Made by a program: the position numbers and the translations under genes
Source: Acutalibacteraceae bacterium
GTDB taxonomy: Bacteria > Bacillota > Clostridia > Oscillospirales > Acutalibacteraceae
Length of the DNA stretch: 64,000 bases
Reading direction: 5' to 3'
Assembly: GCA_045604605.1 (NCBI GenBank)
Contig: JAZUOL010000001.1
Span: 496-64,495, forward strand
The notes under the pieces: generated by a model
Database searches by the model: none
What the model was told of the DNA's origin: nothing
What the model saw: only the letters and a program-made list of their open reading frames with translations
Part shown: piece by piece, positions 54,791 to 64,000 of the stretch
Position numbering within the stretch: the first letter of the stretch is position 1
Layout of the letters: each line of letters starts with the position of its first letter

Positions 54791-56994
54791 TATATATCTT
54801 TTTCTTTTAAGAAATGGGAGAGTGCTGAAAAACGTTTAGCTTTTTTGTCATTGAATGCCATATAGTTAATTTGCTCTGCTAAGCCTACGGTAATCAACAT
54901 ATGTTTCGCTCGTGTTACAGCGGTGTAAAGCAGATTTCTATAAGCTAAATTCGGAACAAGAGAGATTACAGGGAGAATAACTGCTTTGAATTCGCTACCC
55001 TGACTTTTATGAACTGTTACGGCATATGCAAGTTCAAGCTCAGTTAAATTTTCACCGGGAATTATAGCTTCTTTTCCATCGAAATCAACCTCAACCGTTC
55101 CTGATTTTGTATCAATATATTTTAAAATGCCTATGTCACCGTTGAAGATGCCTCTGCCTTTATCCTCTTTGCTTTCCCATTCAATGTTGTAATTGTTTTT
55201 TACTTGCATAACCTTATCGCCTGTTCGGAAAATCTGACCTGCGACAGTTAATTCACCCTTGTCTTTGTGGGGTGGATTCAAGGCTTGCTGAAGAAGTCTG
55301 TTCAGGTTTTGCGTGCCTGTTTCTCCTTTTTTTGATGGGCAGATAACCTGAATATCTGAAAATGCATCCCATCCGTATGCATTGGGTAATCTTTCGCTGC
55401 AAAGGCTTACAACCGTCTGAGCAGAAAGCAACGGATTAGGTCTTTCCATATGGAAAAAATCCTTGCCGTTATTGGTTAAATCAGGCATTTCTCCATTCAC
55501 GATTTTATGGGCATTGGTTATAATTTTACTTTCTAATGCCTGACGGAAAACCTGAGTAAGACAAACTACGGGAAGCTTTTCTGATAATATAAGATCGTGG
55601 AGAACATTGCCTGAACCAACCGGTGGCAACTGGTCGCTATCTCCAACAAGAATAAGACGACAACCAAGCGGGAGAGCATCAAGGAGATTAGCGAAAAGAT
55701 GAATATCTATCATTGAAAGCTCATCAAGAATGAGAGCGTTGCAATCAAGGGGATTTTCAATGTTTCTGCGGAAATAAGGCTTATCATCCTCATCCCATTC
55801 CACTTCTAAGAGCCTATGTATGGTTTTTGATTCCATACCTGTAACTTCGCTCATTCGTTTTGCAGCTCTGCCTGTTGGCGCAGCGAGGGCAATGTCGAGA
55901 TTTTGATGCTCAAATATGCTGATAATTCCTTTAATAGTTGTGGTTTTACCGGTACCGGGACCACCGGTTAAAACAAGCAGTCCTTTTTTTGCTGCAGTGG
56001 CAATGGCTAATCTTTGTTGCTCTTCATATTTGATTTCGTTGATTTTTTCTATTTCATCAATCCAATCTGCCAGTCTTGGAGCACCTGCCGGAGGAAAGTT
56101 TGCGATTATATCAATTCTGTCTGCAATTTTCTTTTCTGCGGTATATGAAGATGGCAGGAAAACAAATTCATTGCCATCAATAATATGCATTTTTAATTGA
56201 CCGGTGTTTACTAATTTGTCAATGGCAATGTCGATTTCATCCTGCGTAACAGATAGCAAATCTGAACAAGGTTTTAAAAGCTTTTCTCTCGGGATACAAG
56301 TGTGGCCTTGGGCATTGGCGTTGTGCCTTACAACGTGGATAATTCCTTCACCTATTCTATAATCGGGTAGAGGCTTTACAGGGAGCTTTTCTTCAATCAT
56401 TTCTGCCCGTTCAAAGGTTATACCTATTCCTAAACCACAAAGTATATACGGGTTTTCTTCTACCCTTGAAACAGCGTTTATACCTAATTTTCTGAATATT
56501 CGGATACATTCGGTAGGGGAAAAGCCATATTTTTCAAGTCCCAGCATAACAGTACGCATAGCATACTGCTTTTTAAATTCCTCACCTATGTTTCTTGCCT
56601 GTTCTTCGGAAATGCCTTTCAAAGAAGCAAGCCTTTCGGGGGCAGTATCGAGAATTTCAAGAGTTTCAGCACCGAATTTTTCAACAATGGTCATTGCTTT
56701 TTTAGGCCCTATTCCGCGAATTACTCCCGATGCAAGATATTTATATATCTGCTCCGTTGTTTCGGGCATACAGCGAGAAAAGGCAGTCACTTTAAACTGC
56801 CTGCCGAAAGACTGATGTATTGTGAAATTACCTGTAAGGGTAACAGTTTCTCCGGCGGCTACACCGGGCATAACTCCAACAGCGGTGAAATAATCATCAT
56901 CAACGGAAACATCCATAACGGTAAATCCGTTGGTGTCATTCTGGAAGGTGATTTCTTCTACCGATGCGGTTATTTTTTCTTCTTGAAAGTCCAT
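54790..56994 (-). CDS. recD2: SF1B ATP-dependent DNA helicase RecD2 (RecD/TraA family)
   Basis: Walker A GGPGTGKTT, LILVGDSDQLPPVG, AVTVHKSQGSE, TAVTRAK. ATG 56994 after AGGAGA. Confidence 0.85.
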   Translation of the reverse strand: MDFQEEKITASVEEITFQNDTNGFTVMDVSVDDDYFTAVGVMPGVAAGETVTLTGNFTIHQSFGRQFKVTAFSRCMPETTEQIYKYLASGVIRGIGPKKAMTIVEKFGAETLEILDTAPERLASLKGISEEQARNIGEEFKKQYAMRTVMLGLEKYGFSPTECIRIFRKLGINAVSRVEENPYILCGLGIGITFERAEMIEEKLPVKPLPDYRIGEGIIHVVRHNANAQGHTCIPREKLLKPCSDLLSVTQDEIDIAIDKLVNTGQLKMHIIDGNEFVFLPSSYTAEKKIADRIDIIANFPPAGAPRLADWIDEIEKINEIKYEEQQRLAIATAAKKGLLVLTGGPGTGKTTTIKGIISIFEHQNLDIALAAPTGRAAKRMSEVTGMESKTIHRLLEVEWDEDDKPYFRRNIENPLDCNALILDELSMIDIHLFANLLDALPLGCRLILVGDSDQLPPVGSGNVLHDLILSEKLPVVCLTQVFRQALESKIITNAHKIVNGEMPDLTNNGKDFFHMERPNPLLSAQTVVSLCSERLPNAYGWDAFSDIQVICPSKKGETGTQNLNRLLQQALNPPHKDKGELTVAGQIFRTGDKVMQVKNNYNIEWESKEDKGRGIFNGDIGILKYIDTKSGTVEVDFDGKEAIIPGENLTELELAYAVTVHKSQGSEFKAVILPVISLVPNLAYRNLLYTAVTRAKHMLITVGLAEQINYMAFNDKKAKRFSALSHFLKEKDI

Positions 56995-57132
56995 GTAGTG
57001 CTCTCCTGAATTGATTTCTTTTATTTTAACATAATACAAGAATTTTTAGAATATATTTTTCAAAATAATTGAAAAGAATGTGGAGGTATGATAGAATTAC
57101 CTTGTACATTTTTTCCAATGGAGGAATGAAAA

Positions 57133-60100
57133 ATGAAGTATATTATAGACAAAATGAACCATTGTAGTTTTAAAACAGTTGAATTGGGAAGATTAGCTCC
57201 CAGAGCTTATGCAATTCCTCATTCAAAGATTAAAGATGCTAAAAAAGCAGATTATAAAACAGAACGCTATAATAGCGATATGATAACTATTCTTTCAGGT
57301 GAATGGGAATTTAAATATTATAAGAAAAAATCAAAGCTTCCCGCAACTCTTGATACAAACAAGGTTAAATTTGACAAGGTTAATGTTCCTTGTACATGGC
57401 AAAGAACAGGCTATGAAGAGCCTGCATACATTAACTGTCCCTATAGCTTTGACCCAAGAGCATTGGGTCTTCCCAAGGGTGAGGGCGTAAAGCCTCCGGA
57501 GCTTCCTGAAGATTTTTCCTGCGGAATCTATCGTAAAATTTTAAATATTTCTGATGTAACAAAGAATTATATACTTACATTTTTAGGTGTTACACCCTGT
57601 GTTGATTTGTATATTAACGGCATATTTGTAGGCTATGGTGAGGCTGCTCATAATTCCTATGAATTTGATATTACGGATTTTCTCAAAGAGGGCGACAACG
57701 AAATTCTTGTTGTTGTTTATAAATGGTGCACAGGCTCATATCTTGAAGCACAGGATATGTTCAGAGAAAACGGAATTTTCCGTGATGTTCTTCTTTATAC
57801 ATATGATAAGACATATATTAACGATTTTCAGGCAATAGCAAAGAAAAAAGGCAAAAAGTATAATCTTGATATTGAAACAGAAATTAAAGGTGCGCTTAAT
57901 GGTGCGACTGTTAAAGCAGCACTTTATGATGGTAAAAGCCTTTTAGCAGAAGAAACTGTTGATGGTGAAAAGAAAAATGCTATTTCCTTAAAAGGTCTTC
58001 AGGTTGAGGAGTGGAGTGCAGAAATTCCTCGCCTTTACGAGCTTTTCATTACTCTTTATAATGGTAAAAAAGAGATTATGACAATTCGTCAATATATTGG
58101 TTTTAAAAATATTGAAATCAAGGATGCAGTTTTCTATTTCAACGGCAAAAAGATTAAGCTCAAAGGTGTTAACCACCATGATACCCATCAGACAAAGGGC
58201 TATGCTATGGGCTTTGAAGACCTTATAAAAGATGTTGAGCTTATGAAAGAGTTTAACGTTAACTGTGTTCGTACCTCTCACTATCCTCCCGACCCATTCT
58301 TCCTTGAGCTTTGCGACCATTATGGACTTTACTGCGTTGATGAAGCAGATATTGAAACTCACGGTATATGGGATTTAGGCTGTGAGGGCGGAGAAATCAG
58401 CCACAAGCTAAAATGGGCACCAAGATATATGGACAGAGTTAAGAGAATGTATTTCCGTGACAGAACGCATCCTTCTATTATTATGTGGAGCTTGGGTAAC
58501 GAATCCTGGGGTTATAAATGTCACGATAAATGTTATCAGATGCTCAAAGATTTAGGCACAGATATTCCTGTTCATTATGAGGGTGTTTCGAGAACAAAAC
58601 GTTATCACTATGATGTTTTCTCTGAAATGTACACTCATCAGGATGAGATGAAAAAAATCCGCGACAGAAAGCGCGGTAAGCAGTATAATGAAGTGCCCTT
58701 CTACCTTTGCGAATATTGTCACGCTATGGGTGTTGGTCCCGGTGCATTGGAGGAATATATGCAGATTTTCTTCTCTGATGACATCTTTATGGGTGGCTGT
58801 ATCTGGGAATGGGCAGACCATTCTGTTCTCCACGATGGTAGCGATAAATACAAATATCAGTACACCTACGGCGGTGACCATGGCGAGCTTCTTCACGATG
58901 GTTGCTTCTGTGTTGATGGTCTTTTCTATCCTGACCGCACACCTCACACAGGTGCATACGAAATGAAGAATTGTTACAGACCCTTAAGAGTTCGTAGACT
59001 TTCAGGCAACAAGCTTACTATTGTCAACACCAACCGTTTCTTATCTTCTTCAAATATTGAAGTTTATTGGGAAGTTCAGGAAAATGGCGTAACTCTTAAA
59101 TGTGGTAGCTTCAGTACTGATATCGCGCCTGAAAAGGATGCAACATATAAGCTTGATTTACCTAAGGTGAATTATGATAAAAACACATATCTCAATCTTA
59201 CATACCTTGATGGCGATTTTGAAATAGCAAGCGAGCAGTTGACACTTTCTGAAGCACCTTTTATTCAACCCTCTCTTGAAATGGGTAAGGTTTCAATTGC
59301 TTCCGATGGTGAAAAGCTTACTATAAAATATGAAAACGGTTCAATTGAATTTTCTGAGGAGACAGGCGAAATGGTTTCCTATAAAGCAAACGGAGTTCAG
59401 GTGCTTAATAAAGAGCCTGCATCTCACAGAGGCTTCCTTCTTAACCTTTCAAGAGCTTATGTTGATAATGACCGTTGGATTATTGATGATTGGACTGAGC
59501 ATAACCTTGTTGACCCCAAAATAGTTCTTGAGGATATGAGCGCAGAGGTTAAATCGGGTGTTGCATCAGTGAGCCAGTATATCACTGTTCACGGCAAGGA
59601 AGATATTCTCTTCAATGCAAATATTCTTTACATTATCGGAGCAAACGGCGTTGTTGATATTGAGGTTGCTATGGCTCCCGATAAGGATAGTAAAGAGAAT
59701 TTCTATGATATTGCCGCTCTTGGTCTTACATTTGAGGCAGATAAGAAATTCAATGAAATTGAATACTTCGGCAGAGGCGAAAAGGAAAACTATAACGACT
59801 TTAATTCTCACGCACCTATCGGTCTTTACACCGCCAAGGTAGAAGATGAACACGAGCCATATATTCGTCCTCAGGATAACTCCAACCATTCAGATGTTTC
59901 TTACCTTAAGCTTAAGAATGAAAAGGGCGAAGAAATCCTTATTTATTCCGATAAGAGATTTGATTTCAATGTTCATAACTATACTCAGGCTCTTCTTCAG
60001 AAGGCAGACCACAGAGAAGATATTTATGACCAGAAAACAACATTTGTAACTCTTAATGGTTACACAAAGGGTACAGGTACCGGTAGCTGTGGTCCTGCAA

Positions 60101-60180
60101 CTCTTCCTGAATATAGCATTGATGCATCAAAAGAGCTTACATTCAACTTTATTATTGCTCCACAAAAAAGTGAGAAATAA
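57133..60180 (+). CDS. GH2 beta-galactosidase (LacZ-type, ~1015 aa), cytosolic
   Basis: NCVRTSHYP, MWSLGNES (acid/base), YCHAMG, WEWADH motifs. Confidence 0.85.
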   Translation: MKYIIDKMNHCSFKTVELGRLAPRAYAIPHSKIKDAKKADYKTERYNSDMITILSGEWEFKYYKKKSKLPATLDTNKVKFDKVNVPCTWQRTGYEEPAYINCPYSFDPRALGLPKGEGVKPPELPEDFSCGIYRKILNISDVTKNYILTFLGVTPCVDLYINGIFVGYGEAAHNSYEFDITDFLKEGDNEILVVVYKWCTGSYLEAQDMFRENGIFRDVLLYTYDKTYINDFQAIAKKKGKKYNLDIETEIKGALNGATVKAALYDGKSLLAEETVDGEKKNAISLKGLQVEEWSAEIPRLYELFITLYNGKKEIMTIRQYIGFKNIEIKDAVFYFNGKKIKLKGVNHHDTHQTKGYAMGFEDLIKDVELMKEFNVNCVRTSHYPPDPFFLELCDHYGLYCVDEADIETHGIWDLGCEGGEISHKLKWAPRYMDRVKRMYFRDRTHPSIIMWSLGNESWGYKCHDKCYQMLKDLGTDIPVHYEGVSRTKRYHYDVFSEMYTHQDEMKKIRDRKRGKQYNEVPFYLCEYCHAMGVGPGALEEYMQIFFSDDIFMGGCIWEWADHSVLHDGSDKYKYQYTYGGDHGELLHDGCFCVDGLFYPDRTPHTGAYEMKNCYRPLRVRRLSGNKLTIVNTNRFLSSSNIEVYWEVQENGVTLKCGSFSTDIAPEKDATYKLDLPKVNYDKNTYLNLTYLDGDFEIASEQLTLSEAPFIQPSLEMGKVSIASDGEKLTIKYENGSIEFSEETGEMVSYKANGVQVLNKEPASHRGFLLNLSRAYVDNDRWIIDDWTEHNLVDPKIVLEDMSAEVKSGVASVSQYITVHGKEDILFNANILYIIGANGVVDIEVAMAPDKDSKENFYDIAALGLTFEADKKFNEIEYFGRGEKENYNDFNSHAPIGLYTAKVEDEHEPYIRPQDNSNHSDVSYLKLKNEKGEEILIYSDKRFDFNVHNYTQALLQKADHREDIYDQKTTFVTLNGYTKGTGTGSCGPATLPEYSIDASKELTFNFIIAPQKSEK

Positions 60181-60188
60181 GGTGTATT

Positions 60189-62561
60189 ATGGAACAAAGA
60201 TATGAAAAAATAAGCTTTTCAGAAGCGCTTTTTAAAAAGGTAATAGCTCTTCGTCGCCAGGTTTTCTGCGGCGAGGAGGGTGAAAAGCCTGCGTTTATTA
60301 AAGATATCCGTGATGAAAAAGGCTTGCATATTGTTTGCGCAATTGGTGATGAGCTTTTAGGCTGCGGCAGTCTTTATGACAATGGCAACGGCGAATTTGA
60401 AGTTTCTGGAATTGCAGTAAGCAAGGATTATAGAAAGTTTAAAATCGGAAGTAATATTTTAAATAAACTAAAGGAACTTGCCATTGAAAATGGGGCAAAA
60501 AGAATTGTTGCTGAAAGCAGAGCAGAGGTTGTTGATTTCTTCACCAAAAACGGCTTCCCGTATGAAAATATTGCATTCGAAAAAGAAGGAAAAAGATATA
60601 TTAAATATAATCTTAATCTTGTTTTTGTGGGTGCAGAGTGGGTTGAATTCCGTGATACCGAGACAGTAATTGTCCGTTGTGATTTTAATTTAGATAAGAA
60701 AGCTCCTGCAGAGCTTTTTGTGACAGGACTTGGCTATTGTAATGTTTACATTAACGGAAAAAGCATAACAGATAAGGTGCTTTCTCCTGCGTGGACAAAC
60801 TTTGAATTTATGGACACTGCAAGTATGTCTTACCCCATATTTGACAAAATGACTTACAGAATCCTTTATGAAAAAATTGATGTTTCAAGGTTTCTGAAAA
60901 AGGGTAAAAATACAATTGTTTTCCATATAGGTGGCGGTTGGTACGCACAGCATGAATGCCCCAACGAAGGGGTTAAATGCTACGGCAACGGAAATCTCAA
61001 GCTTTGCTTTAAGCTTTCTCAGGGAAATAAGATTATTGCAAAAAGTGACAGTAATCTTAAATATATTAAATCCTATGTTCAAAGAGCAAGTGTATATTAT
61101 GGTGAAGATCAGGATTCAAGAATCGGTTACTATGATTTCTCCGATGTTTCTTATTCAACTGAAAACTGGAAAAATGCTGAGGTTATTTCTGCACCTGTTT
61201 CCGTTCTTAATGAGGCGGATTTTACTCCTGACAGAATTGTCAGAAAGCTGAAACCAAAGTGCATTTATAAAAAAGGGGACTATGCAATATACGACATTGG
61301 CGAGAACATTGCCGGTTACCCTGTTATAGAATTTATTGAGGATGCTTATACCGGCGAAAGCTGCACCATGCGCTTTGCAGAAGAGCTTAATGAAGAGGGT
61401 GGACTTGCGTTCCATTCTGCAGGAGGAGAATTCCGTATGCAGAAGGATACATATATTTATGATAATAAATGCAAAGAATTTCATCCTCAATTTACATGGC
61501 ATGGTGCAAGATATTTTGATGTTCTCGGTAGAGTCAACATTAAGGAATACAGAGTTGTTCATACGGATCTGAAGCCCATTGTTAAATTTAAATCCTCAAA
61601 CGAAACCTTACAATGGATTTTTGATGCCTATATAAGAACCCAGAATTCAAATATTCACGGATGTGTTCCTTCGGATTGTCCGCACCGTGAAAGACTTGGT
61701 TACACAGGTGACGGACAGTTAACTGCAAATGTGGTTATGACCTGCTTTGATGCGGAGAGTATGTACCGCAAGTGGATTCGTGATATTGCAGATTGTCAGG
61801 ATATTTTCAATGGCCATGTTCAGCATACTGCACCCTTCTATGGTGGCGGTGGTGGTCCAGGCGGTTGGGGCGGTGCAATGGTAATTGTTCCGTATGCATT
61901 CTATAAGCATTACGGCGATAAAAAATTGCTTGAAACCTATTACCCCAATATGCTTCGTTACCTTGATTACCTTGAAAGTCACAGTGAAAAAGGTTTGGTA
62001 GTGAGAGAAGAAAAGGGTGGCTGGTGCTTAGGCGATTGGTGTTCACCAAGGGACAGAAACCTTATTCCCGAACCCTTTGTAAACACCTATTTCCATTTGA
62101 AAGCCCTTAAAATGACAATTGAAATTGCAGGTGTTATCGGTAAATCTGATAAAGAGCTTAAAGCCCGTTATGAGAAGGTGAAAAAAGCTTTTCTTGAAAA
62201 GTACTATGACAAGAAAACAGGCACTTTCTATAAATCCACCGAGGCTTGTGATGCCTATGGTTATGATTTGGGCTTAGGTAACGAGAAAACTCTCAAGGCT
62301 ATTGTAGATAAGTATAAAAAGCTCGGAGAGTTTGACACAGGTATTTTCGGTACAGATATTCTTATAAGAACTCTTTGTGAGAATGGTCACAAGGATTTAG
62401 CCTTCAAGCTTCTGACAAGCGAAAAAGAAAATACATTTTACAATATGAAAAAACACGGTGCGACAACCCTTTGGGAAAACTGGGAAGGAGCCCACTCTCA
62501 TTCTCACCCGATGTTTGGCGCGGTTGTCGAATATTTAGTAAAGTATTTTAATGAAGCATAA
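60189..62561 (+). CDS. GNAT N-acetyltransferase domain fused to a GH78 alpha-L-rhamnosidase-like body
   Basis: Residues 1-~145 are GNAT-like (GIAVSKDYRKFKIGSNIL, FFTKNGF). The rest carries GH78 motifs: LGYCNVYINGK, SPAWTNFE, DCPHRERLGYTGDG, TLWENWEG. Confidence 0.7.
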   Translation: MEQRYEKISFSEALFKKVIALRRQVFCGEEGEKPAFIKDIRDEKGLHIVCAIGDELLGCGSLYDNGNGEFEVSGIAVSKDYRKFKIGSNILNKLKELAIENGAKRIVAESRAEVVDFFTKNGFPYENIAFEKEGKRYIKYNLNLVFVGAEWVEFRDTETVIVRCDFNLDKKAPAELFVTGLGYCNVYINGKSITDKVLSPAWTNFEFMDTASMSYPIFDKMTYRILYEKIDVSRFLKKGKNTIVFHIGGGWYAQHECPNEGVKCYGNGNLKLCFKLSQGNKIIAKSDSNLKYIKSYVQRASVYYGEDQDSRIGYYDFSDVSYSTENWKNAEVISAPVSVLNEADFTPDRIVRKLKPKCIYKKGDYAIYDIGENIAGYPVIEFIEDAYTGESCTMRFAEELNEEGGLAFHSAGGEFRMQKDTYIYDNKCKEFHPQFTWHGARYFDVLGRVNIKEYRVVHTDLKPIVKFKSSNETLQWIFDAYIRTQNSNIHGCVPSDCPHRERLGYTGDGQLTANVVMTCFDAESMYRKWIRDIADCQDIFNGHVQHTAPFYGGGGGPGGWGGAMVIVPYAFYKHYGDKKLLETYYPNMLRYLDYLESHSEKGLVVREEKGGWCLGDWCSPRDRNLIPEPFVNTYFHLKALKMTIEIAGVIGKSDKELKARYEKVKKAFLEKYYDKKTGTFYKSTEACDAYGYDLGLGNEKTLKAIVDKYKKLGEFDTGIFGTDILIRTLCENGHKDLAFKLLTSEKENTFYNMKKHGATTLWENWEGAHSHSHPMFGAVVEYLVKYFNEA

Positions 62562-62566
62562 TTAAA

Positions 62567-62602
62567 TGCCCCCATCATCATTTTTTAATGATGATGGGGG
62601 CA
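62567..62602. terminator. 16-bp hairpin between convergent genes
   Basis: TGCCCCCATCATCATT / AATGATGATGGGGGCA. Weak T-runs on both sides. Confidence 0.55.
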
Positions 62603-62610
62603 CAGTTGTT

Positions 62611-63780
62611 TTATCTTACATTTCCGCTTTCTATTGCGGATTTTTTAACTGCCTCTGCAATTTCAAAAGCAACACTTCTGTCAAGGGCAGAGGGGATTAT
62701 ATTTTCTTCATTAAGCTCATTTTCGGGAATGTGATTTGCAAGAGCGTAGGCTGCGGCAAGCTTCATTTCTTCAGTTATTGCCGTTGCTCCGCAATCTAAA
62801 GCACCTCTGAAAATTCCGGGGAAAACAAGAACATTGTTAATTTGATTTGGAAAATCTGAACGCCCTGTTCCTACAACTCTTGCTCCTGCTTCCTTTGCTT
62901 TATGGGGCATAATTTCGGGAGTGGGATTTGCCATTGCAAAAACAATTGCGTCAGAATTCATTGATTTAACCATTTCCTGAGAAAGTATATCCGGTGCAGA
63001 AACACCAACAAAAACATCTGCGTTTTTAATTGCAATATCAAGACCACCTGTAAGACCTTCGGGATTTGTTGTTCTTGCAAGGTTTTGCCTTTCTTCTCCG
63101 AGAAACTCGTCATTTTCGTTAATGATACCGGTTCTGTCAACAAGCACCATATTGGTAGCACCTGCGGCAATGAGCATTTTAGAAATTGCAGTGCCTGCAG
63201 CACCAAGTCCGTTAACAACTATTTTTACATTTCTGATATCCTTTTTCACTACTTTAAGAGCGTTAAGAACACCTGCAAGAACAACAACTGCGGTGCCGTG
63301 CTGGTCATCGTGGAAAATGGGGATATCACAAATTTCTTTAAGCTTCTTTTCGATTTCAAAGCATCTTGGAGCGGCAATATCTTCAAGGTTAATTCCACCG
63401 AAGCTACCTGAAAGCAGATAAATTGTTCTTACAATTTCGTCAACATCCTTTGACTTAATGCAAAGGGGAAAGGCATCTACGTCTGCAAACTTTTTGAAGA
63501 GAGCGCATTTACCTTCCATAACGGGCATTCCTGCTTCGGGGCCTATATCACCAAGTCCGAGAACTGCAGTTCCGTCTGTTACAACGGCAACAAGGTTATT
63601 TCTCCTTGTAAGCTCAAAGGATTTATTTACATTGTCTTTAATAACAAGACAAGCCTCGGCAACACCGGGGGTGTATGCCAAAGCCATATCTTCTCTTGTT
63701 TCAACAGGGCAACGGGAAATTACTTCAATTTTACCGTTCCACTCGTAATGCTTTTTTAATGATTGTTCTTTAATATCCAT
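62611..63780 (-). CDS. NAD(P)-dependent malic enzyme (short form)
   Basis: [30 protein letters not shown] motifs. Confidence 0.9.
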   Translation of the reverse strand: MDIKEQSLKKHYEWNGKIEVISRCPVETREDMALAYTPGVAEACLVIKDNVNKSFELTRRNNLVAVVTDGTAVLGLGDIGPEAGMPVMEGKCALFKKFADVDAFPLCIKSKDVDEIVRTIYLLSGSFGGINLEDIAAPRCFEIEKKLKEICDIPIFHDDQHGTAVVVLAGVLNALKVVKKDIRNVKIVVNGLGAAGTAISKMLIAAGATNMVLVDRTGIINENDEFLGEERQNLARTTNPEGLTGGLDIAIKNADVFVGVSAPDILSQEMVKSMNSDAIVFAMANPTPEIMPHKAKEAGARVVGTGRSDFPNQINNVLVFPGIFRGALDCGATAITEEMKLAAAYALANHIPENELNEENIIPSALDRSVAFEIAEAVKKSAIESGNVR

Positions 63781-63785
63781 AGTTA

Positions 63786-64000
63786 TTATTCTTTATTTGC
63801 CTGCATTTTAAGGTATGCGTTAATGAAGCCGTCGAGGTCGCCGTCCATAACTGCATTGATGTTACCGTTTTCAAAGCTTGTTCTATGGTCTTTTGCAAGT
63901 GTATAGGGCATAAATACGTAGGAACGAATCTGGCTACCCCATGCAATTTCCTTCTGAACACCTTTAATATCACTGATTTTGTCAAGATGCTCGCGCTCTT
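63786..64000 (-). CDS. prfB: Peptide chain release factor 2, C-terminal end (5' part outside window)
   Basis: Manual translation of the minus strand: ...[53 protein letters not shown]. This differs from the 63770..63985 track ORF, which is in another frame. Confidence 0.8.
   Translation of the reverse strand, partial: EREHLDKISDIKGVQKEIAWGSQIRSYVFMPYTLAKDHRTSFENGNINAVMDGDLDGFINAYLKMQANKE

Noticed and set aside
63770-63985. 71-aa minus-strand track ORF at the window end.
   Set aside because: A different minus frame encodes an unmistakable RF2 C-terminus (GSQIRSYVF...DHRT...MDGDLD) ending at 63786. The track ORF is an out-of-frame artefact overlapping it.
1-64000. CRISPR arrays, prophage, IS/transposase, toxin-antitoxin or known defence-system genes.
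   Set aside because: I scanned the intergenic regions and ORF products. There are no regularly spaced repeat-spacer arrays. I saw no transposase, integrase, recombinase, terminase, capsid, restriction, nuclease-NTPase or reverse-transcriptase signatures.

Overview
Low-GC Firmicutes/Clostridia-type chromosomal segment. A dockerin-bearing protein and a SCIFF peptide/maturase pair suggest a Ruminococcaceae/Oscillospiraceae-like anaerobe (inference). Content is mostly core. A tightly packed + strand array carries an ATCase-like/PyrI-Zn fusion, an Isf-like flavoprotein, a 4x PPC-repeat membrane protein, znuABC, mreBCD, a PBP2-type transpeptidase and a MinD-like ATPase. After it come a TPP riboswitch with thiT, birA, a uracil-C5 RNA methyltransferase, a GGDEF protein, and ddh (broken by one in-frame TGA) with comFC. 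Next are a complete argGHCJBDF cluster with candidate ArgR boxes, tRNA-Pro(GGG), a SCIFF precursor/maturase pair (the 50-aa precursor is missing from the ORF track) and a PiT transporter. The right half is a signal-peptide-less glycan-degradation neighbourhood: GH38, two GH2, a GNAT-GH78 fusion and a GFO-TIM-TIM-GFO block (a GH28 lies further left at 15-16 kb). It ends with recD2, malic enzyme and the 3' end of prfB. I saw no transposase, integrase, phage, CRISPR or recognisable defence genes, and no convincing new multi-gene system. The best leads are: (i) a ~190-nt structured element upstream of tRNA-Pro with 6S-like architecture; (ii) a perfect 65-bp duplication of the tRNA-Pro 3' end plus terminator; (iii) a transcarbamylase-fold protein with degenerate catalytic motifs fused to a PyrI zinc ribbon; (iv) the in-frame UGA in ddh; (v) 28-nt blocks of four tandem heptamers just after stop codons at three loci; (vi) the GFO-TIM-TIM-GFO block; (vii) the GNAT-GH78 fusion. 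All functional calls come from reading motifs by eye; no searches were run.
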